Source: a virus
Reading direction: 5' to 3' (one strand)
Length of the DNA: 42,299 nt
IMG/VR virus record: IMGVR_UViG_3300039208_000711
Shown here: positions 40,278-42,299 of the stretch, one piece after another
Numbering within the stretch: the stretch's first letter is position 1
Layout: every line of letters starts with the position of its first letter
The notes under the pieces: generated by a model
What the model was told of the DNA's origin: nothing
Seen by the model: the letters and a program-made list of their open reading frames with translations, nothing else
The model's database searches: none
Program-made: the position numbers and the translations under genes

Positions 40278-40612
40278 TGGGCACAAAATACCCGTTCGGC
40301 GATTCTCCATACTATCCCCCAAGGGACTGGACATGTCCCGAGTGCAAGAAATACCACTCAAAACCACACTTTGCCTATTATGGCCAGATTGATTATTCAA
40401 AAAACACACAGGAATACGGACGTGTAAAGTTCAACAGGGAAGGTTCCGGTATGGACTGCGATGATCACAAAGAATACGACATGCCATTAAAACCCATGGC
40501 AGAGGCAACGGGACCACAGTTTGGAAGAACAGGAAAACAGAGACCGTTGTTCTGTCCTCATTGTGGATGGGAAGAAGTAATGATATACATCACCAAGGTG
40601 AAAAAGAAATAA
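40277..40612 (+). CDS. Zinc-ribbon protein (111 aa; CPEC and CPHC motifs)
   Basis: ORF from the track, with a TAATG overlap. Confidence 0.5.
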   Translation: MGTKYPFGDSPYYPPRDWTCPECKKYHSKPHFAYYGQIDYSKNTQEYGRVKFNREGSGMDCDDHKEYDMPLKPMAEATGPQFGRTGKQRPLFCPHCGWEEVMIYITKVKKK

Positions 40613-40803
40613 TGAAAGAATTCAAGGCTTTACCAACCATCAGAAAGAAGAATGTGCCTAAAAAAGGAGATCTTGTAGCCATGACAAAATCAGGACGCGT
40701 TAAACGTATTTCCTGTGATGAAGGTGATCTTGTGGGCATATACCTGGGCGATGGAGAAATAATTTTTGAGGGAATTGCAGTCGTAAAGGATGAGGATGAA
40801 TAA
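40612..40803 (+). CDS. Hypothetical protein (63 aa)
   Basis: In-frame ATG 40612 overlapping the upstream TAA, within track ORF 40561..40803. Confidence 0.45.
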   Translation: MKEFKALPTIRKKNVPKKGDLVAMTKSGRVKRISCDEGDLVGIYLGDGEIIFEGIAVVKDEDE

Positions 40804-41663
40804 TGGCTTGGGCTGGACAACGAGTGCAAAATTGGCAGAGGGATGACAACGGCAACGTAAGATCCGCTCCAGGAGTTCTCAACTTTGCATATGTAGGAAA
40901 CGCAACAAGCGGCACCGCAACGGATTCGGATATCTGCACTAGACATTATGCGCCCTTGGACGAGATGAGTGAGGTCGAACCTGAAAACTTGACAACATTC
41001 AGGGACAGATTCGACAACGAGCCTGGGTTTGCACAGGAACAATACCTGATGCAGACAAGAATGGAGAACATGACTGCAGATACTACGGGTGCCACCACAA
41101 ACGATTATCTCTGCTTTAACACCAGCGGAACATCCAGCACAGTGTGGTCACAATTGGACTATCGGGTACCAACAGGTGACAATATCACTTGGACCACAAC
41201 AGGCACTGGTGACATAAACTGGACCGGAAACATCCGATTAGGAATAGACGACTTCTCTGACGCAGGAAAGATACGAAATGCTCTCATGCAGATATTTGAG
41301 AAGGTACCAAAATCAATAAAGAAGCTCATGACCAAAGACGAAAAGAAACTCATCAAGGCAAAATACAAGAGCGAGAAACTACTCCGGCAGTGGCTATCTG
41401 CTGATGAATACAGATCACTACGGCTCAAAGGAGAGCTTGAGATACCAAGCAAGGAAAACGAGGATGAGATATTCATAGTCAAAAAGTCACCGCACGAGAT
41501 GGTCGACGTAAAGTCAAAGAAGAACAACATGGCACACAAGCACAAACTCTGTGTGGTAGCAGAAGACATGGACTATCCAATAGGAGACCAGTTACTATCT
41601 AAGATCTTGTTGTTAAAGACTGATGAGAAAGAATTCAGGAGACTGGCAATAAAACATGGTTAG
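40803..41663 (+). CDS. Hypothetical protein (286 aa)
   Basis: ORF from the track, with no recognisable motif. Confidence 0.55.
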   Translation: MAWAGQRVQNWQRDDNGNVRSAPGVLNFAYVGNATSGTATDSDICTRHYAPLDEMSEVEPENLTTFRDRFDNEPGFAQEQYLMQTRMENMTADTTGATTNDYLCFNTSGTSSTVWSQLDYRVPTGDNITWTTTGTGDINWTGNIRLGIDDFSDAGKIRNALMQIFEKVPKSIKKLMTKDEKKLIKAKYKSEKLLRQWLSADEYRSLRLKGELEIPSKENEDEIFIVKKSPHEMVDVKSKKNNMAHKHKLCVVAEDMDYPIGDQLLSKILLLKTDEKEFRRLAIKHG

Positions 41664-41672
41664 AGGACACCA

Positions 41673-41873
41673 ATGAAACTTCATTTTCTCAGGCACAATT
41701 GTGGGGTATCAAACATGCTTCAAATTTTAAATGGAAAAAAGCCCACAAACTGTAAATTCTACTGGAAGATGAGAGGCGGCAAAACCTACAGTGGAAACGT
41801 GCATTTTTTCACCCTGTTTGGATTCAGGATGGTAATTAACACTATAAAGAAAAAGGATCTGTGGACAACATGA
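41673..41873 (+). CDS. Hypothetical protein (66 aa)
   Basis: ORF from the track. Confidence 0.35.
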   Translation: MKLHFLRHNCGVSNMLQILNGKKPTNCKFYWKMRGGKTYSGNVHFFTLFGFRMVINTIKKKDLWTT

Positions 41874-42046
41874 TGAAAAAAATAAATGACGACTGTGTAT
41901 ATAATGGCGTAAAACATTCTAGGCATTCATGGCCAGAAGAAGATGAATACTATCTCACCAGATGGTGTTCAAATTGTGGAAAAAGACAACATGCTGTCTG
42001 GGTAGATGACGATGAAAAAGACAATATCACTAGCGATATACAATAA
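41870..42046 (+). CDS. Zinc-binding mini-protein (58 aa)
   Basis: In-frame ATG of track ORF 41861..42046. Contains H..H...CSNCG. AACACTATAAAG lies 21 nt upstream. Confidence 0.4.
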   Translation: MMKKINDDCVYNGVKHSRHSWPEEDEYYLTRWCSNCGKRQHAVWVDDDEKDNITSDIQ

Positions 42047-42098
42047 CTATAAGTGATACCCCATGTTGTACATAATTAGGAGCAAAAACACGGTAAAA

Positions 42099-42299
42099 AT
42101 GACACAAAAACAAGAGAAATGGAGCGAATCAGAGGGAGAATACAAGGCATATTCCAAGATAGTTCGAAGACTCTTGAAGAAACTAACAAAACAGACTACC
42201 AGCACCAAAAAGAATCCCAATGACTGGGATCTTGAAAAAGCAATTGAGTTAACCAGCAAGTTGGGTTACTGTCTGAATATCAAGACCAACCTTGCACAC
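42099..42299 (+). CDS. 5' part of the junction-spanning ORF (continues at nt 100-183 of the window)
   Basis: The frame starting at ATG 42099 runs open to the window end. Its last 99 nt are the terminal repeat, so the reading frame continues into 100-183. Confidence 0.5.
   Translation, partial: MTQKQEKWSESEGEYKAYSKIVRRLLKKLTKQTTSTKKNPNDWDLEKAIELTSKLGYCLNIKTNLAH
42201..42299. repeat. Terminal direct repeat, copy B (identical to 1-99)
   Basis: Exact 99-nt identity with the window start. This fits a circular or terminally redundant genome, or an assembler k-mer overlap. Confidence 0.95.

Noticed and set aside
474-41042. Many antisense or alternative-frame ORFs of 60-190 aa in the track (for example 474..707-, 8148..8639-, 11009..11548-, 14595..15158-, 22503..23075-, 36013..36420-, 37419..37844-, 40590..41042-, 1646..1975+, 31731..31976+, 33813..34022+, 34124..34387+)
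   Set aside because: Each lies entirely inside a longer or motif-supported + strand gene. They have low-complexity or Cys/Ser/Leu-rich shadow-frame composition. They lack the stop-start coupling seen for the real genes.
1-42299. Integrated prophage, with att sites formed by the terminal repeat or the tRNAs
   Set aside because: The repeat is exactly terminal, and an ORF reads through the joined ends. No integrase or host-like flanking genes are present. The tRNAs are complete and lie internal to the capsid module.
1-42299. CRISPR array or mini-array
   Set aside because: I saw no series of regularly spaced direct repeats of 24 nt or more. The only tandem repeats are two 11-bp pairs, a 21-nt coding repeat, the 33-nt coding triplet and the HSH codon iteration.

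Overview
The window is a complete or near-complete ~42.2-kb genome of a head-tailed dsDNA virus, linearised at an arbitrary point. Nt 1-99 recur exactly at 42201-42299, and one ORF reads across that junction. Almost everything is on the + strand; only two tRNAs and two protein genes are on the - strand.

Layout:
- 0.2-21 kb is the morphogenesis module: zinc-ribbon mini-proteins, large terminase, portal, a KTSC plus HK97-type protease fusion, two antisense tRNAs (Gln-UUG, His-GUG), a Q/P-rich scaffold candidate, a DUF2190-like decoration protein, the major capsid protein, neck/tail proteins, a PhoD-like phosphatase, and two ~880-aa tail/fibre proteins.
- 21-23.7 kb is a small module of signal-peptide proteins.
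- 23.7-35.9 kb and 39.6-42.3 kb hold more than 60 tightly coupled mini-genes. These include CxxC zinc ribbons, C2H2 fingers, RHH, HTH and ArsR regulators, a Dam-like methyltransferase, HNH nucleases and tiny TM proteins. About 25 of them are under 60 aa and are absent from the supplied ORF track.
- 35.9-38.1 kb holds a beta-helix (depolymerase-like) gene interrupted at an A9 run, and a membrane-anchored His-Ser-His repeat protein.

An archaeal host is inferred, not proven. The evidence is the promoter architecture (a TATA-like box 22-26 nt upstream of ATG, implying leaderless first genes, with GGAGGTGA-like SD sites before internal genes), the tRNA identity features, and the gene content.

By eye I found no DNA polymerase, primase/helicase, integrase, tape-measure protein, CRISPR array or known lysis gene. 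All functional calls come from reading motifs by eye; no database search was run.
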